This document shows positions 36,750 to 46,303 of a stretch of DNA of 64,000 nucleotides, piece after piece. How positions within the stretch are numbered: the first letter of the stretch is position 1; the number at the start of each line of letters is the position of its first letter. Both the position numbers and the translations under genes were made by a program. Where the stretch lies: positions 15,456 through 79,455 of the forward strand of contig DASZKZ010000032.1 in NCBI GenBank assembly GCA_035552595.1. Reading direction: 5' to 3'. This stretch comes from Candidatus Dormiibacterota bacterium. GTDB taxonomy: Bacteria > Chloroflexota > Dormibacteria > Aeolococcales > Aeolococcaceae. The notes beneath the pieces are model-generated. The model was not told the origin of the DNA. It saw only the letters and a list, made by a program, of their open reading frames with translations, and did no database searches.

Positions 36750-37502
36750 TCAGAGACCACGGAAGAGGATCAGGGTGGCCCCGATGCAGAGGAAGGGCCC
36801 GAAGGGGATGGGGTCCTTGAGACCGCGCAGGCGCAGGACCAGGAGCACCAGGGCCACCAGCCCGCCCAGGAAGATGCCGTAGATCACGGCGTACAGGGCG
36901 GCGAGGTGGTTGAGATCGAACCCGATCCCACAGACCGTCCCCACCAAGGCGCCCAGCTTGGCATCACCGAGTCCGATGCCCCCGCGCGACACCACGTTCA
37001 TGATCAGGAAGAAGCCGCCGATGGCGACGCCCCCGACCAGAGCCATCTCGATGGTGAGCCCGGGCGATACCAGGGAGAGGACCACCGCCAGCACCAGCGC
37101 CGGGTAGGTGACCCGGTTGAGGATGAGCCGGTGCTTGAGATCGAATCCGACGATCTGTACGAAGACCGCCACCCAGACGAGGTGGATGATCAGCCCGGAG
37201 CCGAAGGGGTCGTGAGACGCGAAGGCTGCGAATCCGATGGCTCCGAGCAGAGGACACAACACCCGTTCCAGCCAGGTCCACCCGTAGCGCTCCTCCGGCC
37301 ACGACTCGGCTGCCACCGGCGGCCCGCCTGCCTCGGCAGCCGCCGTCGTGGCCTCGGCCAGCTCCCGCTCGTACGCCTCGCGGTCCTCACGATCCTCGGC
37401 CTCGAGCCCCTCGACGCGCTCGAGCACGGTCGACAGCCAGCCCGCGGCGAGGCCCACCGCGGCGCCCACCGGCGCGGCGGCGACGGCGGCGATCGCGCTC
37501 AC
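36750..37502 (-). CDS. A24-family prepilin peptidase-like protein
   Basis: Catalytic Asp motifs FDLKHRLILN and GGIGLGDAKL, C-terminal IPFGPFL. Confidence 0.8.
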   Translation of the reverse strand: MSAIAAVAAAPVGAAVGLAAGWLSTVLERVEGLEAEDREDREAYERELAEATTAAAEAGGPPVAAESWPEERYGWTWLERVLCPLLGAIGFAAFASHDPFGSGLIIHLVWVAVFVQIVGFDLKHRLILNRVTYPALVLAVVLSLVSPGLTIEMALVGGVAIGGFFLIMNVVSRGGIGLGDAKLGALVGTVCGIGFDLNHLAALYAVIYGIFLGGLVALVLLVLRLRGLKDPIPFGPFLCIGATLILFRGL

Positions 37503-38344
37503 GGTCCCAGCGCCTCGGCCAGGGCGCGCCGCGCCTCCGCGTACGGCGCTCGCTGACCGGTCCAGCGCTGGAAGCTGAGCATCCCCTGGTGGAGGAGCAT
37601 GCCGGCGCCGTCGCAGCCACGCAGGCCCACCGCCCCGGACGCCGCCACCAGGTCGACGGGGCGGGGGCGGTAGCGCACGTCCGCGACCGTACACGACGCC
37701 TGGAGCTGCGCGGGAGAGAAGGGCAGGTCGGCGAGGCCCGCCGAGGTGGCGTTGACGACGATGTCAGCGCCGGCCACAAGCCGCTCCAGATAGTCGTTGT
37801 CCCAGAGCCCGATGGCGATGTCGCCCTCGACGCCACCGCTCGCCAGCCGGTCGGTGAGCGAGCGCACCGCGTTGATGCGGCGCCCCACCACGGTGGTGCG
37901 CTGCGCCGGCACCCGGGTGAGGGCGAGCACCACAGCCGCGCTCGCTCCGCCGGCGCCGAACACCAGCGCCCGGCTCTCGGGAACCGGCCAGAGGCTGCGC
38001 GCGCTCAGAGCCATCTCGAAACCGAGCGCGTCCGTGTTGTCGCCGAGCAGTCCGCCGTCGGCGCTCACCGTGATGGTGTTGACGGCGCCGGTACAGATGG
38101 CGTCGCCGGCCAGCTGGTCGCAGGCCGCGGCCAGCGCGAACTTGTAGGGAGTGGTGACGTTGGCACCACGCCAGCGCCCCGCCCGGAGGTCGCGGAGCAC
38201 GCCGGGGAGCTGCTCCGCGCCGACGTTGAGGATCTCGTAGCTGCCGCGCAGCCCCCGGGCCCGCAGCGCGGCCTCCTGCATGGCGCGGCTCGGCGACGAG
38301 TCGATGCCCTGGCCGATCAGGCAGAGAGAGAGGGCGTCGTCCAC
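37499..38344 (-). CDS. aroE: Shikimate dehydrogenase
   Basis: SSPSRAMQ, GANVTTPYK, GAVNTI, DNTD, GAGGAS, VNATSAG, MLLHQG. Confidence 0.9.
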   Translation of the reverse strand: MDDALSLCLIGQGIDSSPSRAMQEAALRARGLRGSYEILNVGAEQLPGVLRDLRAGRWRGANVTTPYKFALAAACDQLAGDAICTGAVNTITVSADGGLLGDNTDALGFEMALSARSLWPVPESRALVFGAGGASAAVVLALTRVPAQRTTVVGRRINAVRSLTDRLASGGVEGDIAIGLWDNDYLERLVAGADIVVNATSAGLADLPFSPAQLQASCTVADVRYRPRPVDLVAASGAVGLRGCDGAGMLLHQGMLSFQRWTGQRAPYAEARRALAEALGP

Positions 38345-38345
38345 C

Positions 38346-39386
38346 TCATGAACCGCACGGCTTGCCGAGGTACTGCGCGATCTGCTGCTCGTGCTGCTGC
38401 TCGGTGACGCTGTAGTGGTTGTGGCCGCTGCAGTCAGAGATGAAGAAGTAGTCGGGGGTGGTCGCCGGGTGGGCGGCAGCGCTGATGCTGCTGGCGCCCG
38501 GGTTGGAGATCGGCGTGGGTGGCAGACCGGGGTGGATGTAGCTGTTGTACGGCGTGTCCGTCGCCAGCTGCTGAGCGGTGAGCGTGCCACCGCTGATGCC
38601 CAGGCCGTAGATCACGGTGGAGTCCAGCTGCAGGAGCTGACCGGCGCGAAGCCGGTTGTCGACCACGCCGGCGACCAGCGGGCGATCTGTGTCGAACTTG
38701 GCCTCGCGCTCCGCGATCGACGCCACCGTCAGCGTGGAGTACAGCTGCTGGGGGCTCAGGCCCCGGAGCATGGGCATCGCCTTGTTGGCGAAGTCGGCGA
38801 GCTGCATCTGCACCACGTCGTGGGCCGTGGAATGATCAGGGATGTCGTAGGTGTCGGGGAACAGGAAACCCTCCAGGGAGGCGCCCGGGGGGCGGGCCGC
38901 CAGGAAGGGCTCGTTGAAGCTTCCGCTGCGCACCTCGGCGAGGTACTGATCAGCGGTGATGCCCAGGCCCGCGGCGGCGATCCTGGTGGCCATCTGACCG
39001 GCGGTCAGCCCTTCGGTGAGCAGGACGTGGTGGGTGTTGACCTGGGGTGGCCCCTCCAGGCGTTGCACGATGAAGCTGGCGCTCATGGCGTTGTCGAGCA
39101 CGAAGTTGCCGGCCACCAGCTTGGCGCCCAGGCCCTGGAGCCGCGCATACCAGCCGAACCAGAATGTGCTGCGCACCAGGCCGTGGGAGGCGAGGTCGCT
39201 GACCAGGGTGTCCATCGATTCGCCGTCGCGCACCGTGATGGTGACCGGCGAGCCCGCGCCACTCGACGGAGGATCGAGCTGAGCGCGTCCGTAGACGAGC
39301 GTGGCGCCGGCGAGGACGAGCACCACCATGACGACGCCGACGATCGCGAAGATGACGCCGGAGCGTCGACGCCGCCCCCGTCTCAC
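38346..39386 (-). CDS. mltG: Endolytic transglycosylase MltG
   Basis: N-terminal TM, LEGFLFPDTY, ASIAEREA, LQLDSTV, PYNSY...GLPPTPISNPG. Confidence 0.93.
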   Translation of the reverse strand: MRRGRRRRSGVIFAIVGVVMVVLVLAGATLVYGRAQLDPPSSGAGSPVTITVRDGESMDTLVSDLASHGLVRSTFWFGWYARLQGLGAKLVAGNFVLDNAMSASFIVQRLEGPPQVNTHHVLLTEGLTAGQMATRIAAAGLGITADQYLAEVRSGSFNEPFLAARPPGASLEGFLFPDTYDIPDHSTAHDVVQMQLADFANKAMPMLRGLSPQQLYSTLTVASIAEREAKFDTDRPLVAGVVDNRLRAGQLLQLDSTVIYGLGISGGTLTAQQLATDTPYNSYIHPGLPPTPISNPGASSISAAAHPATTPDYFFISDCSGHNHYSVTEQQHEQQIAQYLGKPCGS

Positions 39387-39817
39387 CGGGGCATGCTTGC
39401 GATGGCGCGGGCGTCGAGCCAGCTCTGCAGGAGCAGGCTGGCGGCGACGGCGTCGACGGACCGGCGGCGCTCGGCGCGGCGGCGCCCGGCGGCGATCAGG
39501 CTGCGCTCTGCCGCGGCGGTGGTGAAACGCTCGTCCCACATCTCCACCGGCAGGCCGGTGCGGACGTGAAGCTGGTCGGCGACCAGGCGGGCGTCGGCCG
39601 CGGACTCGCCCTCGCTGCCGTCGAGGCGGCGCGGCAGGCCCACCACGATGCGCTCCGGGAGCCGCTCGTCGACGACCTCTTTGAGCTCGCGCCAGAGGCG
39701 GGCGACGGGGCGTCGCGGCACGGTCCGCAGCGGTGTCGCCAGGCTTCCCGTCTCGTCGCTGCCGGCCAGGCCCACACGCACCGTGCCCACGTCGACACCC
39801 AGGGCGGGCGTGGTCAC
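39383..39817 (-). CDS. ruvX: Holliday junction resolvase-like RuvX/YqgF
   Basis: GVDVGTVRVGLA, VVGLP, WDERFTT, VDAVAA. Confidence 0.92.
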   Translation of the reverse strand: MTTPALGVDVGTVRVGLAGSDETGSLATPLRTVPRRPVARLWRELKEVVDERLPERIVVGLPRRLDGSEGESAADARLVADQLHVRTGLPVEMWDERFTTAAAERSLIAAGRRRAERRRSVDAVAASLLLQSWLDARAIASMPR

Positions 39818-41502
39818 GGGCCCGCCTGGGTCACGAAGGCCTCGTCGATCTCGATCCTGCTGGAGAAGAACGGCAGCCAGAAGAACGGGATGGGCGATTG
39901 CTTCACGACCACGCTCTGGACCCGATTGAGACGGTGCTCGATGATGTTCTTGGCGTCACCAGGGCTGTGCCCGGTGAGCTGACCCTTGAGCGCCGTGACG
40001 TCGATCGACTCGCGTGAGAAGCTGGTGCACTGCACGCTCAGCACCACGGTGCCGTCGTCGGCCGCCTGGGTCACCGACGGCTTGGTGCAGTTGATCGCGC
40101 TGGTCGCCAGGGTGTCGCCCTGGGCGACCTGCTTCTGGAGATCGGCCGCGACGACGGTTTCGACGTCCCCGGGGTTGTAGGTGGCAGCCTTGCCGTGGCA
40201 GGCGACGGTGATCTGCGCGGTCGCGACGACGGCGTTGACCGCCGGCAGCGGGGGGGTGACGGTGCAGGCCACGCTGACGCCATTGCCCCCCGGGTCCTTG
40301 GCCATCACCTTGCCGGCGGCCTTGGTCTGCATGTCCTGGTTGGCCTGGGTGGTCAGCGCCTGCTGGCTCTGGGTGGCCTGGGCGGTCCAGCCGCTCAGGT
40401 CGGTCTGGCTGGCGACCGTGTTGGTCTTGGCGTCCGCTCCGCCGGTGGCGGCGGCGGGATTGGTCTCGGTGAGCTCGCCGGCCGTGCATCCGGGGAACGG
40501 TGGATTGGGCGGGGCGGGACACGGATCCTGCGGCCATTTGGTGATCGTGTTGGCGGCGACGTTTCCCTTGGCCTCGGGCGTCCCGTCCGCCACCGCGACG
40601 GAGCTGCCCGCGCCCGGCGGGCAGTTCGACGGAGGGGTGCCGTTGGGTCCGACGCACACCGGAGTGTCCTGGGTGGCGTAGAACCGGATCGGGGGGTTGT
40701 CCTGGGTGTCGAACTCGCTCCCTTTGGTCACCGTGAACTGGGCGCCGATGGGGATCGTGGTGGAGAACACGATGGTCGCTGTCGCCGCCGCCGCCGGCAC
40801 GGGCTGCTTCCCCGTCGGGGTGGCGGTGAACTGCGCCGACTGGTCGCTGGTCACCACCGTGGTGACGATGTGGTCCGGCTGGCCGGCGCTGCCGGGGTCG
40901 GTGCTGCCCTGGATGGTGGGGTTGGCGCTGAGCGGAGTTCCCGCCAGCGTGATCGTCACCTTCGCCGAGGGTGCCACCACCAGGAAGAGGAGGATCCCGA
41001 GCACGGCCAGGCCGGCAGCGATGAAGTAGAGAGGACGGCGACGCCCGGCCAGGCGGTTGGCGGCGCCGCCGGCAGAGGTGCCTGCCCCGGTCGCGCGCGG
41101 CGGCGGGGGCGGCGGGGGGGGCGACCCGAATGGCCCCACGCCTGCCGCCCCGGCTCCCGCTCCCGCTCCCGCGAACGCTGCGGCGGCACCGGCCACCGGG
41201 GCGCCCTCGTCGGAGTGGGGCCGCACCGTCTGGATACCGCGCTCGAACGCGGGCACCGAGGCGTAGGTGGGCAGCCCGCCGACGCGTGAGAGACCCTGGA
41301 TGTGGGGATCGCCGCTGATCACCGACACCCGCTTGCCCGCCTGGGTCCCCAGCTGGCGGAGCAGCCGGACGTTGAGGGGGGTCTGCAGGCCCATGGTGCC
41401 GGCGCCGAGGACCAGGGCCACGTCCGACTCCGCCGACTTGCGGACCTTGTCGACCAGATCGACGATCTCGTCGCTGGGCTCGGTGTAGATGACCTGGGGC
41501 AC
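39814..41502 (-). CDS. Uncharacterised bitopic membrane protein with a baseplate-J-like extracytoplasmic region
   Basis: Cytoplasmic N-domain of about 85 aa, Pro/Gly/Ala linker, one TM (LYFIAAGLAVLGILLFLVV), then a Thr/Pro/Cys-rich region with GNVAANTI and TNPAAATGGAD motifs resembling baseplate J/gp47. Coupled to both neighbours. Confidence 0.7.
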   Translation of the reverse strand: MPQVIYTEPSDEIVDLVDKVRKSAESDVALVLGAGTMGLQTPLNVRLLRQLGTQAGKRVSVISGDPHIQGLSRVGGLPTYASVPAFERGIQTVRPHSDEGAPVAGAAAAFAGAGAGAGAAGVGPFGSPPPPPPPPRATGAGTSAGGAANRLAGRRRPLYFIAAGLAVLGILLFLVVAPSAKVTITLAGTPLSANPTIQGSTDPGSAGQPDHIVTTVVTSDQSAQFTATPTGKQPVPAAAATATIVFSTTIPIGAQFTVTKGSEFDTQDNPPIRFYATQDTPVCVGPNGTPPSNCPPGAGSSVAVADGTPEAKGNVAANTITKWPQDPCPAPPNPPFPGCTAGELTETNPAAATGGADAKTNTVASQTDLSGWTAQATQSQQALTTQANQDMQTKAAGKVMAKDPGGNGVSVACTVTPPLPAVNAVVATAQITVACHGKAATYNPGDVETVVAADLQKQVAQGDTLATSAINCTKPSVTQAADDGTVVLSVQCTSFSRESIDVTALKGQLTGHSPGDAKNIIEHRLNRVQSVVVKQSPIPFFWLPFFSSRIEIDEAFVTQAGP

Positions 41503-41504
41503 GC

Positions 41505-42770
41505 CTAGACCTTCATCGTCTTGAGGACCCGGCGCATGAGCCCTCCGAGTGGCTGATCGGCCTCGTCCTCCAGGGAGATGGCGTGGTGCGCCAGTCCCAT
41601 CGGCGTGACGTCCTGGCTGCCCACGAGCAGGCCGGTGCTGTCGAACACACGGTGGACATCCTCGGGGCCGAGGACGCGCACCGAGGGCGGATGAGCCATG
41701 GGGAGGGCGTCCGCCCAGTCCAGGGCGCTGAGCTGTTCGGCCACCTCCGGCAGCGCGGCCCCGCCTCCCGCCAGGTAGATGCTGGCGGGCAGCGCCTCTC
41801 CGCCGGCCAGCTCCTCGAGCGTCAGCGCAACCCCCTGGGCGAGCACTTCGGCCGTCGGGGTCAGAGCCTGCCGGGCCAGCGCGCGCTGCTCGGCGGCGAG
41901 GCGGCCCTGCCCGTGGGAGAGCTTGTACCGCTCCGCCTCGCCCATGGAGATCTGCAGCTCGCCGGCCAGCCGCTTGGTGAACGACCGCCCGCCGAGGGCG
42001 AACATTCGCGTCGCCTCGATGCCCCCGTTGCGCACCAGGGCGACGTCGGTGGTGCCGCCGCCGACATCGATGAAGACGGCGCCGCGCTCCTCGATGTCGT
42101 CGGTGTTGCAGCCGCGCGCCAGCGCGTAGGGTTCGGCGACGGTCGCCACCACCTCGAGGTCGAGCTCCTGGGCGATCGTCTGCAGGGCCCCGATGTGGTG
42201 CAGCGGGGCGAAGGTGTTGAAGACGGTGATGTCGACGACGTTGCCCTGGAAGTCGACGGGATTGCTGACCGCGTACCCGTCGATGCGCACCGAGGTGATG
42301 GTGCTGTGCACCAGCTTGACGTTGACCTCGGCGACCCCGAGCTCGTGCGACATCTGCCGCACCGCCTCCTTGAGGGCACGACGCTGGACCGCCTGCAGCG
42401 CCGCGGCGAGGTCGGCCTGGGTGATCCGTGCCTGGGGCTGGGGGCGCGGCATGGTCATGGTGGTGCTGAAGCCCCGCACCTGCTCACCGGCGATGCCCAT
42501 GACCGCCTGGCCGGGGACGATCTCGCACATGTCCTCGGCCTCGGTGAGGGCGCGATCGCAATTGTCGATCACCGACTGGATGTCGGCCACAGCTCCCCCG
42601 TGCATGTCGGTGAGCTGCTGGCGGATGCGCGACGCGCCGATGACGATACCCTTGTCCTCCTCGCGCTTGACCACCAGCGCCTTGACGAACTCGGTGCCGA
42701 TGTCGAGGACTGTGTAGTGCGTGTTGAACTCGGCGCGGCGGCGCAGCAGCGAGAACTTGCGCTTGCTCAC
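41505..42770 (-). CDS. FtsA-like actin-family ATPase, outside a dcw context
   Basis: LDIGTEFVK, HGGAVADI, 1C-type IDG..SNP...G, EPYALA, IDVGGGTTD, GGRSFT, YLAGGGA, and an amphipathic C-terminus. Confidence 0.85.
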   Translation of the reverse strand: MSKRKFSLLRRRAEFNTHYTVLDIGTEFVKALVVKREEDKGIVIGASRIRQQLTDMHGGAVADIQSVIDNCDRALTEAEDMCEIVPGQAVMGIAGEQVRGFSTTMTMPRPQPQARITQADLAAALQAVQRRALKEAVRQMSHELGVAEVNVKLVHSTITSVRIDGYAVSNPVDFQGNVVDITVFNTFAPLHHIGALQTIAQELDLEVVATVAEPYALARGCNTDDIEERGAVFIDVGGGTTDVALVRNGGIEATRMFALGGRSFTKRLAGELQISMGEAERYKLSHGQGRLAAEQRALARQALTPTAEVLAQGVALTLEELAGGEALPASIYLAGGGAALPEVAEQLSALDWADALPMAHPPSVRVLGPEDVHRVFDSTGLLVGSQDVTPMGLAHHAISLEDEADQPLGGLMRRVLKTMKV

Positions 42771-45379
42771 GCCCCGCTCCCGCCGGCGCGGCCGACCGCC
42801 TCGCGGATCACGGCGATCCCGTGCTCTCTCGTGGCCGGGTCCTTGATCCCGCCTCGGCCGAAGTCCGGACGACCACCGCCCCGGCCCCCCATCAGCTGGG
42901 CCGCGCTGGCGGCGAGCGCGCCGGCGTCGACGCCGCGCTCCCGTGCCGCGGCGCCCACCTTGATGGCGAAGCTGGCGGTGCCGACCACCACCGCGACGCC
43001 GTCACCGCCGAGCGTCTCCGCGTAGATGCGGTCGGTGGCCTCGATGACGGCGTCACCGTCCCCATCGACAGGGAGCTGGGCGTACCTGAGGCCGCCGAGT
43101 TGCTCGACTGCGATGTCGGTGAGCAGGCTGCCCTGTCCGGCCACACCGGCCGTGAGCGGCCTGGCACGCCTCGCCCGCTCGAGCTCTCGTCGCGTGGCAC
43201 GAAGCTGCTCCTGCAGGGCGGAGACGCGCTCCGGGACCTCGACCGGGCGAGCCTTGAGGCCGCGCGCGGTCTGCTGGAGCACGTCGCCTGTCTCCCGCCA
43301 GCGCTGCTCGGCGGACTCGCCGACGACCATCTCGATGCGCCGCACGCCCTGGCCGATGCTGCTCTCCGCCACGATCATGGCGGCCCCCATGTCACCGGCG
43401 CGGCCGACGTGGGTTCCACCGCAGAGCTCGCGCGACCAGCCGCCGAAGTCGACCACCCGGACCTGCTCGCCGTACCTCTCGTCGATGAGGGCGATGGCCC
43501 CGCTGGCCTTGGCCTCGGGAAGTGTCATGACGTCGACGGCACGCGGCGGGTTGGCACGGATGTGCTGGTTGACACGCGCCTCGATGTCGTGCAGCTCCGC
43601 CGGGCTCAGCGCGCGCGCAAAGGAGAAGTCGAAGGTGGCGTGGTCGGGACCCACCAGAGACCCGCGTTGCACGATGGCGCCGCCCAGCACCTCGCGCAGA
43701 GCCTGGTTGAGGAAGTGGGTGGCGCTGTGATGTCGGGCCACCTGGGCGCGGCGCTGGCCGTCGACCACCGCCCGCACCTCGGAGCCGCGGGCCAGCGTGC
43801 CCTGCTCCACGCGCACGCTGTGGATGCGAGCGCCGCCGGCGTAGGTGGTGTCCAGGACTCGCGCCCTGCCGCCGTCGAAGACCAGGTCGCCGGTGTCCCC
43901 CACCTGGCCGCCCGCCTCGGCGTAGAAGGGGCTGGTGTCGAGGATCACGCCGTCCTCGGCACCGGCGGGGAGAAGGTCGCGGGAGTCGGCGCCGCCGATG
44001 CGCAGCACGGTCGCCGGGCTCTCCAGCACGTCGTAACCCACGAACACGGTGCTGGGCAGCTGCGGCGCTGCGTCGAATCCGATCGGCACGCGTGCCGCCT
44101 TGCTCCGCGCCCGCTGCTCGGCCATGGCGGCGTCGAATCCGGCGCGGTCGACGGCGACGCCTCGCTCGCGGGCCATCTCCACAGTCATCTCGATGGGCAG
44201 ACCATAGGTGTCATGGAGCCGGAACGCCTCCTCGCCGGCGATGGTTCCGGCTCCGGAGTCGAGCAGGGCGGTGAGGCGATCGGCGCCCGCGTCGAGCGTG
44301 CGGGCGAACCCGGCCTCCTCCGCCTCGAGGGTGCGCTCGACGAGCTGGCGGTTCTCGACGATCTCAGGGTAGGCCTCGCCCATGGCGTCGACCACGGCCG
44401 CCACGGACGGGGCCAGGCCTCCTGACAGCCCGATGCGGCGTCCGTGTATGGCGGCTCTACGGATCACCCGGCGGAGCACGTAGCCGCGCGCCTCGTTCCC
44501 GGGGAGGACGCCGTCAGCGATGAGGAAGGTGGCCGCCCGGGTGTGGTCGGCGAGGACGTGCAGGCTGGGGGTGCGCCCTGGGGTCTCGGGCGCGGCGTCC
44601 GCCCGGCTGGCGAACGAGGAGACGATGCCGGCGAAGTGGTCCGTCTCGTAGTCGCTGCGGACTCCCTGCACCACCGCGGCGAGACGGTCGAGGCCCATGC
44701 CGGTGTCGACCGTCTTCTTGGGCAGTGGATTGCGGTTGCCCGCCTGGTCCTGGTTGAACTCCATGAAGACGAGGTTCCAGAGCTCCACCCAGCGGTTGCC
44801 GCCACACTCGTCCTCGGGCAGGCAGTCCTCGCGGCCGCAGGAGCAGGGGGCGCCCCAATCCCAGTGGATCTCGCTGTCGTACCCGCACGGCCCGGTCGGT
44901 CCCGCCTCCCACCAGTTGTCCGGCATCCGCGAGATGCCCTCTGGACCAACCCCGATGACCGCCTGCCAGAGGCGCTCGGATTCGGTGTCGTCGGGAAAGA
45001 CGCTCGGGCGCAGGCGCTTGGGGTCGAGTCCGTAGCCAGCGGTGAGCAGGTCCCAGGCGAGGCCGATCGCCTCCTTCTTGAAGTAGCCGCCGATCGACCA
45101 GTTGCCGAGCATCTCGAAGAAGGTGTGATGGGTGTCATCGCCGACCTCGGCGATGTCGTCGAGCAGGCCCTGCCCCCGGAAACATTTCTGGCAGGAGACC
45201 AGGAGCGGCGAGGGAGGCTCCACCTCTCCGGTGATGTAGGGCTTGAGCGGGACCATCCCGGCCACGTTGAAGAGCAGGGACGGATCGTCGTGGGTGATCA
45301 GCGATGCGCTCGCCAGACGATGGTGTCCGTGGTCTTCGAAGTAGCGGAGAAAGCGTTCCCGGATCTCGTGGGTGCGCAA
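42767..45379 (-). CDS. alaS: Alanine--tRNA ligase
   Basis: TTG start giving MRTHEIRERFL; LFNVAGMVP, HHTFFEMLGNWS, DTGMGLDR, HSATH, ELCGGTH, GVRRIE, GGGRPD. Confidence 0.96.
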   Translation of the reverse strand: MRTHEIRERFLRYFEDHGHHRLASASLITHDDPSLLFNVAGMVPLKPYITGEVEPPSPLLVSCQKCFRGQGLLDDIAEVGDDTHHTFFEMLGNWSIGGYFKKEAIGLAWDLLTAGYGLDPKRLRPSVFPDDTESERLWQAVIGVGPEGISRMPDNWWEAGPTGPCGYDSEIHWDWGAPCSCGREDCLPEDECGGNRWVELWNLVFMEFNQDQAGNRNPLPKKTVDTGMGLDRLAAVVQGVRSDYETDHFAGIVSSFASRADAAPETPGRTPSLHVLADHTRAATFLIADGVLPGNEARGYVLRRVIRRAAIHGRRIGLSGGLAPSVAAVVDAMGEAYPEIVENRQLVERTLEAEEAGFARTLDAGADRLTALLDSGAGTIAGEEAFRLHDTYGLPIEMTVEMARERGVAVDRAGFDAAMAEQRARSKAARVPIGFDAAPQLPSTVFVGYDVLESPATVLRIGGADSRDLLPAGAEDGVILDTSPFYAEAGGQVGDTGDLVFDGGRARVLDTTYAGGARIHSVRVEQGTLARGSEVRAVVDGQRRAQVARHHSATHFLNQALREVLGGAIVQRGSLVGPDHATFDFSFARALSPAELHDIEARVNQHIRANPPRAVDVMTLPEAKASGAIALIDERYGEQVRVVDFGGWSRELCGGTHVGRAGDMGAAMIVAESSIGQGVRRIEMVVGESAEQRWRETGDVLQQTARGLKARPVEVPERVSALQEQLRATRRELERARRARPLTAGVAGQGSLLTDIAVEQLGGLRYAQLPVDGDGDAVIEATDRIYAETLGGDGVAVVVGTASFAIKVGAAARERGVDAGALAASAAQLMGGRGGGRPDFGRGGIKDPATREHGIAVIREAVGRAGGSGA

Positions 45380-45478
45380 ACGCCCGTCCCATGTGTGGGG
45401 CCCGCGGGCGCGAGCCGATGATGTGGGGGAATCGGCGCAATTGTAGCCGGTCACCGGCGTAGCGCCCGCCGCGCGAGC

Positions 45479-46303
45479 TCAAACCGCGGCGCCGTCCCCC
45501 ATCTCGCGGCGAAGATGGTCGACGGCTGCCCGCTGCAGTCGCGACACGTGCATCTGGGAGATCCCCAGGCGCTTGGCGACCTCTGTCTGGGGGAGCTCCT
45601 CGACGAAGCGCAGCGCCATGATCTCGCGCTCGCGCGGATTGAGGTGCGCCATGGCCTGCTCGAGGAGGGAGCGCATCTCGACGCGATCCAGGTTGCTGTC
45701 CTCGGAGCCGAGCCGCTCGCCGAGGGTGAGGGCCTCGTCCGTCCGCCCCGCCGGGGCCGCCTCCAGAGACACGGTGTGCTGGGCCGGGGACACCTCGAGC
45801 GCGGCCAGCACGTCCTCCGGCTCGAGCCCGAGGCGCTCGCCGATCTCGCTGATGCTCGGCGCCCGACCCAGCTCGCCGGTCAGCTGCTGGGCGGCCGCAT
45901 TGACCCGGAGCAGGTTCTCCTGGAGCCGCCGCGGCACCCGTACCGCCCAGGACCGATCGCGGAAATACCGGCGGATCTCACCCATGATCGTCGGGGTGGC
46001 GAACGTGCTGAACTCGTTCTCCAGAGAGGGATCGAAGCGCTCGATGGCATGGATCAGGCCCAGGAAGCCCACCTGTTCGATGTCCTCGAGCGGCTCGCCC
46101 CGGTTGGCGAAGCGCCGAGCGATGTAGTGGACCAGATCCGAGTTCAGGTCCACCAGCTGGTCGCGAACCGCCGGATCGCGGGTCTCGGCATAGGTCCGGA
46201 GGAGGCGGCGCACCGCGTCGCGGCGCACGCTCGGCGCCGGCTTGGGGATGGTTCGCGCTCTCTCGGTGCTCGCCGCCCCGTCGTCACGGGGCACGGGGCT
46301 CAC
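45479..46303 (-). CDS. SigB/SigF/SigG-family alternative sigma factor
   Basis: DIEQVGFLGLIHAIERFD, FATPTIMGEIRRYFRD, VRVPRR, region 4 EVAKRLGISQMHVSRL. The GTG overlaps the anti-sigma stop. Confidence 0.9.
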   Translation of the reverse strand: MSPVPRDDGAASTERARTIPKPAPSVRRDAVRRLLRTYAETRDPAVRDQLVDLNSDLVHYIARRFANRGEPLEDIEQVGFLGLIHAIERFDPSLENEFSTFATPTIMGEIRRYFRDRSWAVRVPRRLQENLLRVNAAAQQLTGELGRAPSISEIGERLGLEPEDVLAALEVSPAQHTVSLEAAPAGRTDEALTLGERLGSEDSNLDRVEMRSLLEQAMAHLNPREREIMALRFVEELPQTEVAKRLGISQMHVSRLQRAAVDHLRREMGDGAAV

